Positions 34,759-45,088 of a stretch of DNA of 45,088 nucleotides are shown one piece after another. Both the position numbers and the translations under genes were made by a program. The notes under the pieces were generated by a model that was not told where the DNA came from, made no database searches, and was given only the letters and a program-made list of their open reading frames with translations. Source of the stretch: Octopus bimaculoides (Eukaryota); contig NC_068982.1 in NCBI RefSeq assembly GCF_001194135.2, positions 103,284,520 to 103,329,607 on the forward strand, written 5' to 3'. How positions within the stretch are numbered: the first letter of the stretch is position 1; each line of letters starts with the position of its first letter.

Positions 34759-35582
34759 CAGTGTTTGGGCTAAATTTGATAGTTTGCATGAAAGAAAAAG
34801 AAAACAATATTTCATCCAAAAATCAAAGTATTTTTAAAAAATCAAAAAATATCAAGTACATCATGGCTGAGAATTGACAGTTTACCCAGATTAGCTACTC
34901 TTGGCCTTGGTGTTGCAGGCAGAGCAGTTGGTGTGTTTCTCAACTGTACCCCACACATAGTATTCTACAGGAATAAAATTGGGGGAATTAACAGACCAGA
35001 AATTGGGGCTGGTGAAGTCATAGAAATTCTCTATCAACCACTTCTGACTCTTTCTGGTGGTCTGGCAAGGAGCTGAATCCTGCTGCCACACATATGACTG
35101 TCCAGCAGCAACTGTCTCCAGTTAGGTTTTGATCACAATCTCCAGCAGCTTCACATAGCTATCTAACTTGAGCTTTAAGGCTCTGTTCAAAGATGTGGAG
35201 TGGCATGATGCCACCCACACTGGAGACACACCCAAAAACCATCACAGTTTGGGCAAACTTGGTTTTCATATGTGGGGCAAGCCACCTGCTGTTCAAGGTG
35301 TTGTGCAACTGGTCCTGGTAGACGTTATTTCCATCTGTGAAGAACCATATCATCCTCAGCTCATCTGGATGCTTCAACTTGTTCAGGAGCTTTTTTACTT
35401 TCATAAAGCAGATCTCTTCCAAAATTCAGATGGCTTCCAGTTCTCTATGTCAGCTAACTTTTTCTCAACTATAATTTTCATCTTTATGCTCTCCAATGCC
35501 TTTGATGGTTGACCAATACATCAAGCTGTTCCTGAGAAAAAGGAGACATAAAAAAAATCTCAGACTTAACCCAAACACCCTG
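34759..35582 (-). mobile_element. maT-like (DD37 spacing) Tc1/mariner element, internally deleted
   Basis: TA-flanked TIRs CAG(--)TGTTTGGGCTAA (34759) and TTAACCCAAACACCCTG (ends 35582). Transposase pieces WFFTDG, VMVFGCVSSVGGIMPLHIF, WQQDSAP...FWSVNSPNFIPVEYYVWG with 37 residues between the 2nd and 3rd acidic positions. Confidence 0.88.
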
Positions 35583-37279
35583 TATATGCAGATGCATGGT
35601 TAGTCTTGAAGTTCCCTAAGAAGACATCTGTAAATAATGTGTGAAAAAATACCCCCCCCCCCATGAACTGTTGTGCATTTGATCTAATATTTTTGATATG
35701 CTCTCTTGTGTCTTAATCTAGTGGAAAGCAGGAAAACTAGGTGATCATTTATGACCTTTTTGTGTTGTTGAAGCCATGAGAGTGGTAAAAAAAAATATTT
35801 GATCAAAGTTGGAGCAATGTATTCTGTGAGTGTGTATAGCAAGTGCTGTGTTTAGTTTTCTGTTTTTGTTATAGTTAGTCTTTGAAACAATTACAAAGGA
35901 ATTCAAGATTGGGTGCTCATGAGAATCCATGTGTGCCAATGATCTGCTTCCTACAGCAAAATCACTGAAGCTCATCATCTATAGTATTTTATGTCCACTT
36001 TTCCATGCTGGCATGGGTTGGATAGTTTCTCTGAGGTTGTGTTTTACAGCTGAATGCCCTTCCTGTCACAAACCCTTTCAGTTGATTCTTATGAAACAGG
36101 AATGTGGTGTACCTACTCTAAAACAGGGATACACATGGTAAAGTCAGTGAAGCTAATGTAGAAGAAACTTGGAAATGGCAAGAAAGAATTTGAGTCAAGG
36201 AAATATGAACAAGACTAAATATTTATTAAAAATAGGCCAACTTATGCTAGCATGGAAAAACAGACATTAAATGAGTAAAAAAAAGCCATATTTTGCAGCA
36301 GAGTTTTTGTATGTTCTTAAATATATCTCCCACCAGACATACATTATATTTATGTGCAGAGATCTTGAAGGCAATTTTCTGTGAAGGTATGATAACCTAG
36401 TTCAGGGCCATCTTCACAGCATTATAGGTCCCCAAGCAATGTATTGCACTGGGATTCTTGCATTCACAATCACAGTATACATAGATTAGCATCAGGTTCC
36501 GTAATCTTACAAGATCCCCAGTGTGTGTCTTATACTGACATAGATGCATTTAACAACATAAAAACAATCACTTTCTGTAAGTGTATCTCACCTTCCATGT
36601 TTTACACTAAATGCACTCTCTTCTCCAGAATGCAGCCCTTTAGAACAATCTGCCAAATTTTTTCCTATTTACAGATATTCAAACAGAACATACCCTGCCA
36701 ATTTAACATTACCTGTTTGAGAGGACATGTAAAGACCATAAGAATTGCTTTTATTTTGCGTAATTTTCTATAAACACTAAACTTCACCGTCTTAGATGAC
36801 CTTTCATAGCAATTGCACATTTATAACAATGAACACTTAATCTCAGTGATTGGGCTTCTTCAGAACAAAAAAATATTGATGCTCTGATCACTTTCTGACT
36901 TTTTACAAGGCACATATACACCCAGCATTAAGTTAGGAAGTCATGTAGCTGAGATGGTGTAGCTATTACACAAGCACACACAAATATTCTAGGTTATGAG
37001 CCCAAATGCATCTCAGTGAAAGACAAACTTTCACTGAAAACATGCTACAAACCCTACCCTCACTAATATGTTGTGAATTGGTGTTTGTTTTACTTAATTT
37101 GACTATTTCTAATTATTGTCTCTGGAGAGTGATATTGAAATTCTAACAGATTATATGTTTCCTTGTTTTGAAAATTTTCAGTCTTTTCCAAAGGTACTTT
37201 TCAAAGATATTTCAACAGTTGTTTTTTTCTATATAAACCTGTGCTTCTGTAATGAATTCTAGAACTGAGCTAATGCTGT

Positions 37280-37367
37280 ATGCAAAGAGTGTGAGGTTAT
37301 CCATCTTGGCATTGAGCAAAACAATGCAAAGAGTGTGAAGTTATCCGTCTTGGTATTGAGCAAAACA
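37280..37367. repeat. 44-bp tandem duplication (3 mismatches)
   Basis: ATGCAAAGAGTGTGA(G/A)GTTATCC(A/G)TCTTGG(C/T)ATTGAGCAAAACA x2. Confidence 0.92.
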
Positions 37368-37512
37368 AGGTTAATTTTTATCCTGATTTATTTTACTTCA
37401 GTATATTCAATGCAATAGGTTTCATTTCTAGTATTAGCAATGCTGCTATTGTATAGCATTTTGTTGGTGATGATTCTTACCTATTCCTTGGTCCTTGTTT
37501 CATTGAAGGTAT

Positions 37513-37780
37513 TTGGCCTAGTGAGTAGAGTGTTTGGCTCATGATAATAAGATTGTGGGTTCTATTCCTGGATCAGGCAACATATTGTGTCATTGAGCAA
37601 GGCATTTCATTTCATATTGCTCCAATCTACTCAGCTGAAGTGTGCTAGTGCAACCCTCTCTCCCTTCAGCTGTCACATCCCTGATGTTCTGTTGGGTCAA
37701 AAGTGAGAGGGCTCAGAGGGTATGTATCTATGTTCATACACTAGACACCGAAAGTGAGAGTATGCTACCTGCTACCAAGT
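37513..37780 (+). mobile_element. SINE family C
   Basis: TGGCCTAGTGAG (A box) ... GGTTCTATTCC (B box) ... CATTGAGCAAGGCATTTCATTTC...CTACTCAGCTG. Confidence 0.75.
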
Positions 37781-37836
37781 CATACTTTTTTTATAAGTGA
37801 AGGCTTTGGCGTTTGGTTTTTGGCTCATTCACACTC

Positions 37837-38057
37837 TTAACCCTTTAGCATTCAGTTTACTCTATCAAATGTAATGCTTATTTATTCTCATTGCTTTAAA
37901 TTTATCATTCATTATCTTGTAGCTTCAAGATTTTAATGATGTGATTGTTTATTTGAAGAATATCATTGTAGGTAGGGTACATGTGAGAAGCCAGATCTGG
38001 TCTGACCAAGTAGAATATTTGGGCTGGATATGGCCAGGTTAAATGCTAAATGTATAA
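37837..38057. mobile_element. piggyBac-like MITE, decayed
   Basis: TTAA-CCCTTTAGCATT at left; degenerate inverse AATGCTAAATGTA-TAA at right. Confidence 0.5.
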
Positions 38058-38159
38058 AGACACTTGATCTTAGTGTAATGTCTTTAATACATTCCTTACT
38101 TTTACATTCTCAGAAGGGTGTTGCCTGATGGAAAGTGATGTTGCCCAGCATATATTTTC

Positions 38160-38363
38160 ATTAGCAATGCTGCTATTCTTGTATAGCATTTTGTTGATGA
38201 TTCTTACCTATTCCTTGGCCCTTGTTTCATTGAAGATATTTGGTCTAGTGAGTAGAGTGTTTGGCTCATGATGATAAGATTGTGGGTTCTATTCCTGGAC
38301 CAGGCAACATATTGTGTCATTGAGCAAGGCATTTCATTCCATATTGCTCCAATCTACTCAGCT
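38160..38363 (+). repeat. 204-bp direct duplicate of 37433-37636 (unique flank plus SINE C head)
   Basis: ATTAGCAATGCTGCTATT ... GCTCCAATCTACTCAGCT in both, with a few substitutions and small indels. Confidence 0.93.
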
Positions 38364-38584
38364 ACTATCTTTTATTTTATCTTTAACCATTTAAGTGAAT
38401 TTGTTGGTATTGCTGTAGTTGTTAATACATTTTCTCTTCTTGGTAAAACTTTGTATTGGATGACAATAAGTTTCTCCTTCAATGTAGCACTTGTTATAAG
38501 TTGCATTGGTAGTACACTTACACACACATGTTATTGTAAGTGGTTCAAACCATTGTGGTTCTGATGCATTATTCTTACATCTTT

Positions 38585-38830
38585 CTTTTATTGGATGCCC
38601 TTCCTAATACCAACCACTCCGAGAGAGTAGTGGGTGCTTTTTACTTGCCACCTGCACGGGAGCCAGTTAGACGGCACTGGCATCGACCACGCTTGAATGG
38701 TGCCTTTTATGTGTCATGGACATGGGTCCCAGTCAGGTAACACTGGCATCAGTCATGCTTGAATGAATGATGTTTTTTACGTGCCAGTCAGGCAGCACTG
38801 GCATCAGCCATGCTTGAATGGTGCTCTTTA
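38585..38830 (-). mobile_element. RTE 3' UTR fragment with internal tandem subrepeats
   Basis: TTGGATGCCCTTCCTAATACCAACCACTCC followed by about three units of GAATGGTGC...GCCAGTCAGG..GCACTGGCATC..CCA(C/T)GCTT. Confidence 0.82.
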
Positions 38831-38879
38831 TGTGTCACCTTGCTATCATAGTTGGAGAGAGAAAGATGATGGAGATGTA

Positions 38880-38924
<45 letters not shown>

Positions 38925-38927
38925 CTT

Positions 38928-39278
38928 TTATTTCAATTATTAGCCTGCAGCCATGCTGGGGCACAGCCTTAAACTTTTAGTCAAATGAATCAACCTCAGT
39001 ATTTATTTTTTAAACCTGGTACTTATTCTACCAGTCTCTTTTACAGGTACTCAAACACACCAAAATTGGTTGTCAAGTGGTGGTGGTGGGACAAACATGC
39101 ATAGATATATATATACATGACAGGCTCCTTTCAGTTTCTGTCTTACCAAATCCACTCACAGCGCTTTGGTTGCATGAGACTATAGTAGAAGATACTTGTT
39201 CAAGGTGCCACATAGTGGGACTGAACCTAAAACCATGCGGTTGGGAAGCAAGCTTCTTACCTCACAACCATGCCTGCA
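38928..39278 (-). mobile_element. SINE family A, full length
   Basis: Minus strand head GGTTGTGAGGTAAGAAGCTTGCTTCCCAACCGCATGG..GGTTCAGTCCCAC, core GGCACCTTGAACAAGT, microsatellite linker, tail CCCCAGCATGGCTGCAGGCTAAT. Confidence 0.9.
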
Positions 39279-39464
39279 CCTTGACTTTCCATGATTTTTT
39301 GAGTTTTAATCCAAAATGGAGACGTATACCAATGTTCCATGTGATAGAGTTGATAATTGTTGAGGGACTTCTCTTAACATGAAACCAATGGTAGCCTTAA
39401 TACACAAATAAAAAATCTTTATCCACTCATTGTTTAATATTTATGTGTATATGTATAAATATAT

Positions 39465-39688
39465 CTATCTTTCCATCCTCTCCACCAACTATTTCTGGGA
39501 GGTTCTTGGGTGGTACCTCTATAGAGCCCTAGTAGAAGCAACTGTCACTACACTTTGGTTGAATTCTTAAGCATGACCATCTGAGACTATGGATATTACC
39601 TAACTATTTCGTTCTTAGTTCTATCCCTTAATCTTTTGCTGGTTACCTTGGCTTGAAGAATCTGTCTTGCAACTCTTTCCTGGGGCTA
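39465..39688 (-). mobile_element. RTE/Expander-like LINE C-terminal fragment
   Basis: PQERVARQILQAKVTSKRLRDRTK, resembling the RTE C-terminal PxERxPKQxL..GRRPxGRP region. Confidence 0.6.
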
Positions 39689-40039
39689 TAATAGAAGACA
39701 CTTACCTAAGGTGCTGTGCAGTAGGACAGAAACCAGAGGTACATGATTGGGAAGCAAGCTTCTCAACCACACAGTTATAATTGTGCCCGTAGTCATCCCT
39801 GTGCCATGTGTAAAGCTCATGATTTTCAGGTCTGATGGGATCAGTCTTTAAAGGTAAAACATTCTCACAAACCTACAAATATGAATGGTTAATAAGTACC
39901 TCGATACAGTTGGTCATTGTGATGTGATAGTTTATTGGAGATAGTAGATAACTTTCCGCGTGTGTGTATATGCAAGAGTTAACGAATGGAGTCCATAAGA
40001 TCCGGGCGACATATGCTTCATAGCGAGCGGAACCTCAGA

Positions 40040-40420
40040 AGTCTTTATGTTCTGAGTTCAAATTCCGCCGAGGTCGACTTTGCCTTTCATCCTTTCAGGG
40101 TCGAGAAATTAAGTACCAGTTACGCACTGGAGTCCATGTAATCGACTTAATCCCTTTGCCTGTCATTGTTTGTCCCCTCTATGTTTAGCTCCTTGTTGGC
40201 AATAAAGAAATAAGAATCGTTAGCGTGTCGGACAGAATGCTTCGCAACATTTTTCCGAGTTATTACGTTCTTGTGTTTAAATTCCGCCGAGATAGACTCT
40301 GCCTTTCATCCTTTCGGGGTCGATAACATAAATATTAGTCGACCCCTGGAGTCGCTGTCATCATTGACTAACACCCTCCCACTAAAAGATTGCTGGCCTT
40401 GCGCCAAAATTTGGAACCAT
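40040..40420 (+). mobile_element. Two adjacent SINE family B copies (CpG-retaining)
   Basis: TTCTGAGTTCAAATTCCGCCGAGGTCGACTTTGCCTTTCATCC at about 40050 and TTTAAATTCCGCCGAGATAGACTCTGCCTTTCATCCTTTCGGGGTCGATAA at about 40276. Confidence 0.88.
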
Positions 40421-40763
40421 TTATTATATATAGGATATGTTCTCTAAGTTAACAATAAAAATCTGTAAGAAATTGATTTATGAAGGAAAAAGAAAACAAT
40501 CCCTGTAAACAAAGATATATAATTAAAATGGTAGAAAGGGTATTTTATCTTGTATTTTGTTGTAATCCTTACCTTCTGCGTTTAGTTTTTGTTAAGATTG
40601 ACTTTGCTTTTCCTCTTTCCTCAGTTGATAAAATAAGTTCCCGTCAAGCACTGGGATGTGGTGATCGATTTAATATAATCGACATCTAAATACCAATTGA
40701 TAGAGTTCTGATGGTTTCCAGTGATGAACTGTTCCTATGCATGGTATCTATTATACTCTAGAT

Positions 40764-41044
40764 CAGGGGTTTTCAAACTGTGGTCCGCGGACCACAGGGG
40801 ATCCGTGGACAGCAAATACTTTTTATGGGCAATTTGATTTTATATATGGTTTTTAATCGAAATCTTTTAATTGACAATAAACCTATTTGTTAAATACTGT
40901 TAAATAAATAAATGTAAAAATATGTTATTTTAAGCAAATATTTATGTATAAATTTCATAAGTGTTTATAAGGGTAAAGCCTGAAATATAAGGTAAAGCCT
41001 GAAATATAAAGGGGTCCGCAGGTCAAAAAGTTTGAAAACCCCTG
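40764..41044. mobile_element. hAT (Charlie-type) MITE, 281 bp, young
   Basis: Perfect 16-bp TIRs CAGGGGTTTTCAAACT/AGTTTGAAAACCCCTG; perfect 8-bp TSD CTCTAGAT (40756-40763 and 41045-41052); internal 19-bp tandem GGTAAAGCCTGAAATATAA x2. Confidence 0.97.
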
Positions 41045-41533
41045 CTCTAGATGAATCGAGTCAAAGAAAGTTAAGTGCTTTAGCCACAACCACAATACAG
41101 CATTAATAACAGGATATTAGACGTTTACCATTTAATTAGTAGGATGTTTACACCAGTTTAAAACTGATAATGCACGTAACATCATACGTAGTGAAACGAA
41201 AACCTGTAGAAACTCTTCCGAAAACCAGGATGCTGAAACTGAAACAAAATTACCACGAAACAATAAATGATATGTCGTGGTTGTACGAAAAGGTTCTAGT
41301 GCTTCTTCCTGAAAAATATTCCCCCCCCCCAATCTAGTTTTTAAAAGGAGTTATTCAACTTTTATGTACACATTCAGAATAGCTTTCATTTCATTTTCTG
41401 CTGTATTGTAGCTACATAACATTACACTTAAATTTCAGTATATCATATAATAAAAACAGAAACTTTAAGTGGAAAAATAATATGTACATGTAAATTAATT
41501 TTTTAGGGTTTTTTTAATACGCATATCAGTAGA

Positions 41534-41598
41534 GGGTTTTGTTTACATCTAATCGGCTAACCCTAACCCTAACAGGCCGTTAGATGTAAACAAAACCC
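41534..41598. repeat. 65-bp hairpin with telomeric (TAACCC)n in the loop
   Basis: Perfect 19-bp arms GGGTTTTGTTTACATCTAA/TTAGATGTAAACAAAACCC, inner CGGC/GCCG, loop TAACCCTAACCCTAACAG. Confidence 0.93.
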
Positions 41599-42842
41599 AT
41601 GTGCCTTTACCTGACGTTTCTTCACATCAAATCGAAACAGCCCAGTAGAATGACATGTCAATTTAAACTATAATCTACTTTTATTGTTTTGGACAGTAAT
41701 CGTTGAGCAGCCCTTGCTTTTACGCCTTTTAGTACTTACTTTTTCGTGTAATCTGATTAATATTTGTGATTAGAATCGGATATTCAGAAGAAAGTCATTA
41801 GTTATATTGATAGAATTGCTTTTAGTATTTTCAGAATTTGCTAATACTTCACCTTTACACATATCTCTTGTAACGTTTGATAAAGCATTATGTACTGTTT
41901 ATCATACCTAAGAAATATCTTTGTGGAAACTTTCTTTGCATCCCTACAATACAGTAACGTTCACCTTTCAAACTCTAGAAGCTAGATAGAAACCTTGTGG
42001 CCGTTCGACATGCTAGAAATAACAACCGGATCTCCTTCAGCTCATCCTAATCATTTTACAAAAGAAGCGACGTACATTTAGTGATATAATTCTGAATATT
42101 CAATACTTTAAACAGAGAGAGGATGTTCCCAGCTCGAATGCCTTCGATCATAGGTCTGCCTAATTAGGTCTTACCATGTGCTAAACAATAACTCTCCCGT
42201 TCCTCATCAACAGCATGACTCATCTTCACTGTTTTGTTGACATGATAAATCTATCTTACTTAGTTGACAATGCATTTCATTTTCAGACATGGAAGAATAC
42301 AGAAAAAATTACCAAAACAAAACAAAACAAGAAACCCCATTCAACTACGAATGCATTAAGAGTTGTAACTTAATATCTTTTAAAGTCAAACCATGACCCG
42401 ATTTTTTAAAAAATTCAAAACATTTTCTTAGATAATGTTTAAATGTGCCTATCTTCATCTCGGATACCTTATTTTAAAAGAGTTTATGCAGCTATTATTT
42501 CGTGCTAATCTTAGATTGGAGAACTATAATCATTTATATTATGGATATTAATGCAAAATTTTATGAAATTGGTATTTTCATAGATGGTTCCCTATTGAAA
42601 TGTTAATCATTCGAACTAGGCAGACAATATTTAAAAAGGGAACTTGATAAACACTTACTCTCAGAAAGTAAAATGTTCTTAAGGTAAATTTTGACTTAAT
42701 TTAAATGATAGTCTACAATATCTATAATAATATTGAAAATGTTATGTAGATACGGATTCTATGTGGCACATTTGGTCGAAAACTTAAAGTATTCCGCTAC
42801 AAAATCACTATTGTCAGAGGAAAAGGGATTTCTGGTTTCAGA

Positions 42843-43213
42843 TGCTAGGTTGTTGTTCAGTTCCAGGCCAGTCATATGACCTTTGTAGGTTTTTGTATAT
42901 CCAAGGTGACATTGTCCAGCCTGTTTCCCATAATTTGAAGGTAATTTGACTGCCATTTTTAGCAAACGAGCTACTACTAAGCCGTTCCCTCAGAGTTCAT
43001 TTGAATTTGAAACCTATTTTTTCTTTATTAATGAGTTTATTCCTTAACCGAAGTTTTAAATGCTAGGTTGCTGTTCAGTTCCAGGTTAGTCTTCTGACCA
43101 TTCCATCTTTTTGTATGCTTAAGGTGGCATTGCTCAATGTCTCCCATTTGCCAAACCAATTGGATATGATTTGAAGGTGATTTGACTGCTGTTTCTAGCA
43201 GATAAGCTACTAC
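42843..43213 (+). repeat. Two diverged direct copies (about 42843-42978 and 43061-43213) of an interspersed repeat
   Basis: TGCTAGGTTG.TGTTCAGTTCCAGG ... TTTGAAGGT.ATTTGACTGC..TTT.TAGCA...GCTACTAC; related sequence at about 12700-12775 and, inverted, at about 42010-42045. Confidence 0.8.
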
Positions 43214-43848
43214 CTAGTTCTTCGCTCGTTGGTTCAGCTGCTAAGTTTAACATCTAGGCCATACAAATATGTTTAAATTTATACAAGACATTGTTCTCGG
43301 CGTCGGTAGCCATTTTGTTTTTTCGCTGTTATCTGTAACACTGGCATCTCAGATATATACGTGCTTCAGCGGTACATATGCCTAATAAAGTTTTAATGTC
43401 AATTCTCATTCCCCCGAATGAAAAGTTTCTAAAGTAAAATATTGTAAATTTTGTTAATTACAAAAGTGGGAAAAATAAAGGTAAAAAGAGAGAGGGAGAA
43501 ATTTGACAAGAGTTAACTGTAATTTTTATTAGCACAAGTTATAAAAAAAAATGCGTTTGTCATTTAAAGTATATTATATGACATATGTTAAACAGATTCA
43601 AGTAGATTAATAAATTGTTTATTAAAGCCAAATGTAGAAACATCACGTGTTTTCAAAAAAAAAACAACCCCACACTAACCACTCCATGGAATGTTAAATT
43701 ACAAGTTGAATATATTTCAGTAAATTAATTTAGAACTAGCATATATTAATATAGATATTAAACAATTTATTTAGCATTAGACTCAGTAACTGAAGAAACG
43801 AAATATTAATGGGAATTTTACTTGTTCTTAAAGAGGCTAAGTTAATTT

Positions 43849-44040
43849 AAGGCGGCATGCTGGCAGAATCGTTATCACGACCAGCAAAATGCTTAGCAGT
43901 ATTTCACCCGTCTTTGTCCCGAGTTCAAGTTCCGCAGAGGTCGACTTTGAAGTACCAATTCAGCACTGCGGTCGATGTAATCGACTTACCCCCACTCCTT
44001 AACTTGCTGGTATTGTGCCAAAATCTGAAACCAATATTTT
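43849..44040 (+). mobile_element. SINE family B (CpG-retaining)
   Basis: AAGGCGGCATGCTGGCAGAATCGTT...GAGTTCAAGTTCCGCAGAGGTCGAC. Confidence 0.88.
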
Positions 44041-44309
44041 TGGTTAACTAAATTCGTCTTTTTTCTCAGTAAAATTTACCACATTCGCTTCTATTTTGTT
44101 ATTTTTATTGTCATGCATAAATTGTTCCTTATTTTCTATAAAGTTCATTTGGAATTCGCTTTCTTTAATAAGGTGTTGATTTTTAATACGAAATATTCTT
44201 AAACCGTTATTATAAATTTACATGACATAAATTAAGATGTTATTTCTGGGAGGTTTATTTCGAAAACTTTTTCTACTTGTCATTACAAAGTGGAAATGTT
44301 CGTTTCAAA

Positions 44310-44490
44310 CTTTGGCACAAGGCCAGTAAGCTCGAGGATGGGTGGGGGCTAAGTCGATTATATCGACTCCAGTGTTCAACTGGTACTTATTTTATCGAGC
44401 TCGAAAGTATGAAGGAAAAGTCGGCCTCGGCGGAATTTCAACTCAGAATATGAAGACGGACGCTAACGATTCCGCCTGCTTGCTGCCCCC
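44310..44490 (-). mobile_element. SINE family B (CpG-retaining)
   Basis: CTGGTACTTATTTTATCGAG...AAAGTCGGCCTCGGCGGAATTTCAACTCAG...GCTAACGATTCCGCCTGCTTGCTGCC. Confidence 0.88.
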
Positions 44491-45088
44491 CAAAGTGGAA
44501 ATACTGACACTATTCGACAATACCTAAGTGCACATGTCGAATAGCGCCTTCTTGTATGCAACTAAAATACAAGGCCTTGTATTTTTTTTTCTCACCCCAA
44601 ATTTCCTCCTGTTTTCAACAATAGAGATTTCTATAAAAAAAAAAAACTTTAACAATTTTGAATTACCGCGTAGAATAAAATTTTCCGAAGACAAAACATA
44701 AGAAAAAAGAAAATTTTGATTCGACGTTTAAAAATTCTGTGTTTCAGAATTTCAATGCCAGTTGTTTACAATAGTTTTCCACTTTGAATTTGTGATCATA
44801 AACCGAAAGAATACCCCGTATACATCAAGGTATATTTGTAGAAAATTTCACGAAAAAATATTAATTTTCCTGGAAGTTCAGAAGAATTTAAGTGGACTCT
44901 GTTGGAATTTCCGAAAATTGTCCCCCACCCCCATTCCAAAACACTTTCGGATTCTACATAGTAAATACTATATGCATAGAAAATTTCATTAAAAAATATT
45001 CATTTTTCTGAAAGTTATGACCTCCCACAGTCTGGGGGGTAAAACCCTGTAGTTATGCCTTAAGATTACTTTGAAAAGCTATTTGTTT

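Noticed and set aside
36444-36773. 109-aa ORF with coding-like composition
   Set aside because: No recognisable motif; the antisense frame has stops and only vague transposase-like words. A TBLASTX search would be needed.
39077-39382. 101-aa ORF and similar ORFs at 5343-5615, 25072-25275, 43857-44051, 44342-44527
   Set aside because: Stop-poor readings of SINE sequence; the same pseudo-peptides recur in each copy.
39897-39947. YLDTVG resembling the RNase H2A VDTVG motif
   Set aside because: Weak acceptor, no further similarity, stop within about 12 codons, and earlier exons are absent.
40734-41085. PMHGIYYTLDESSQRKLSAL after removing the MITE, loosely like RNASEH2A exon 2
   Set aside because: No AG acceptor in the right place, the conserved VY is missing, and a MITE interrupts it; probably chance.
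41558-41575. Telomere or chromosome-fusion site
   Set aside because: Fewer than three repeat units, enclosed in a hairpin; too short for a telomeric array.

Overview
AT-rich, repeat-dense animal genomic DNA, not prokaryotic. The SINE and RTE families plus (TA)n-flanked scaffold gaps look like an Octopus (coleoid cephalopod) short-read assembly; this host call is pattern recognition, not a database result. The only host gene I can support is coding exon 1 of RNASEH2A (29102-29228, DEAGRGP motif, phase-1 GT donor) with E2F-type sites upstream. I found no exon 2 in the remaining 15.8 kb. The rest is decayed mobile DNA: two Helitron remnants, two mariner remnants, a DD37-spaced maT-like element, a hAT deletion derivative, a young hAT MITE, CR1 and RTE LINE fragments, a Penelope-like repeat and many copies of three tRNA-derived SINE families (called A, B, C here). 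The best lead is a 5'-truncated U6 snRNA copy joined directly at its terminal U-tract to a LINE/SINE-type 3' tail whose stem-loop covaries with local SINE tails (11933-12087), i.e. a U6/non-L1 retrotransposon chimera nested in a SINE. Other leads are a 1.05-kb foldback palindrome upstream of RNASEH2A whose arm is duplicated into intron 1, a degenerate minimal hammerhead ribozyme, a 65-bp hairpin with telomeric repeats in its loop, and alternating CpG-decayed and CpG-retaining domains. All alignments were done by eye; repeat boundaries are approximate unless TIRs or TSDs are quoted.
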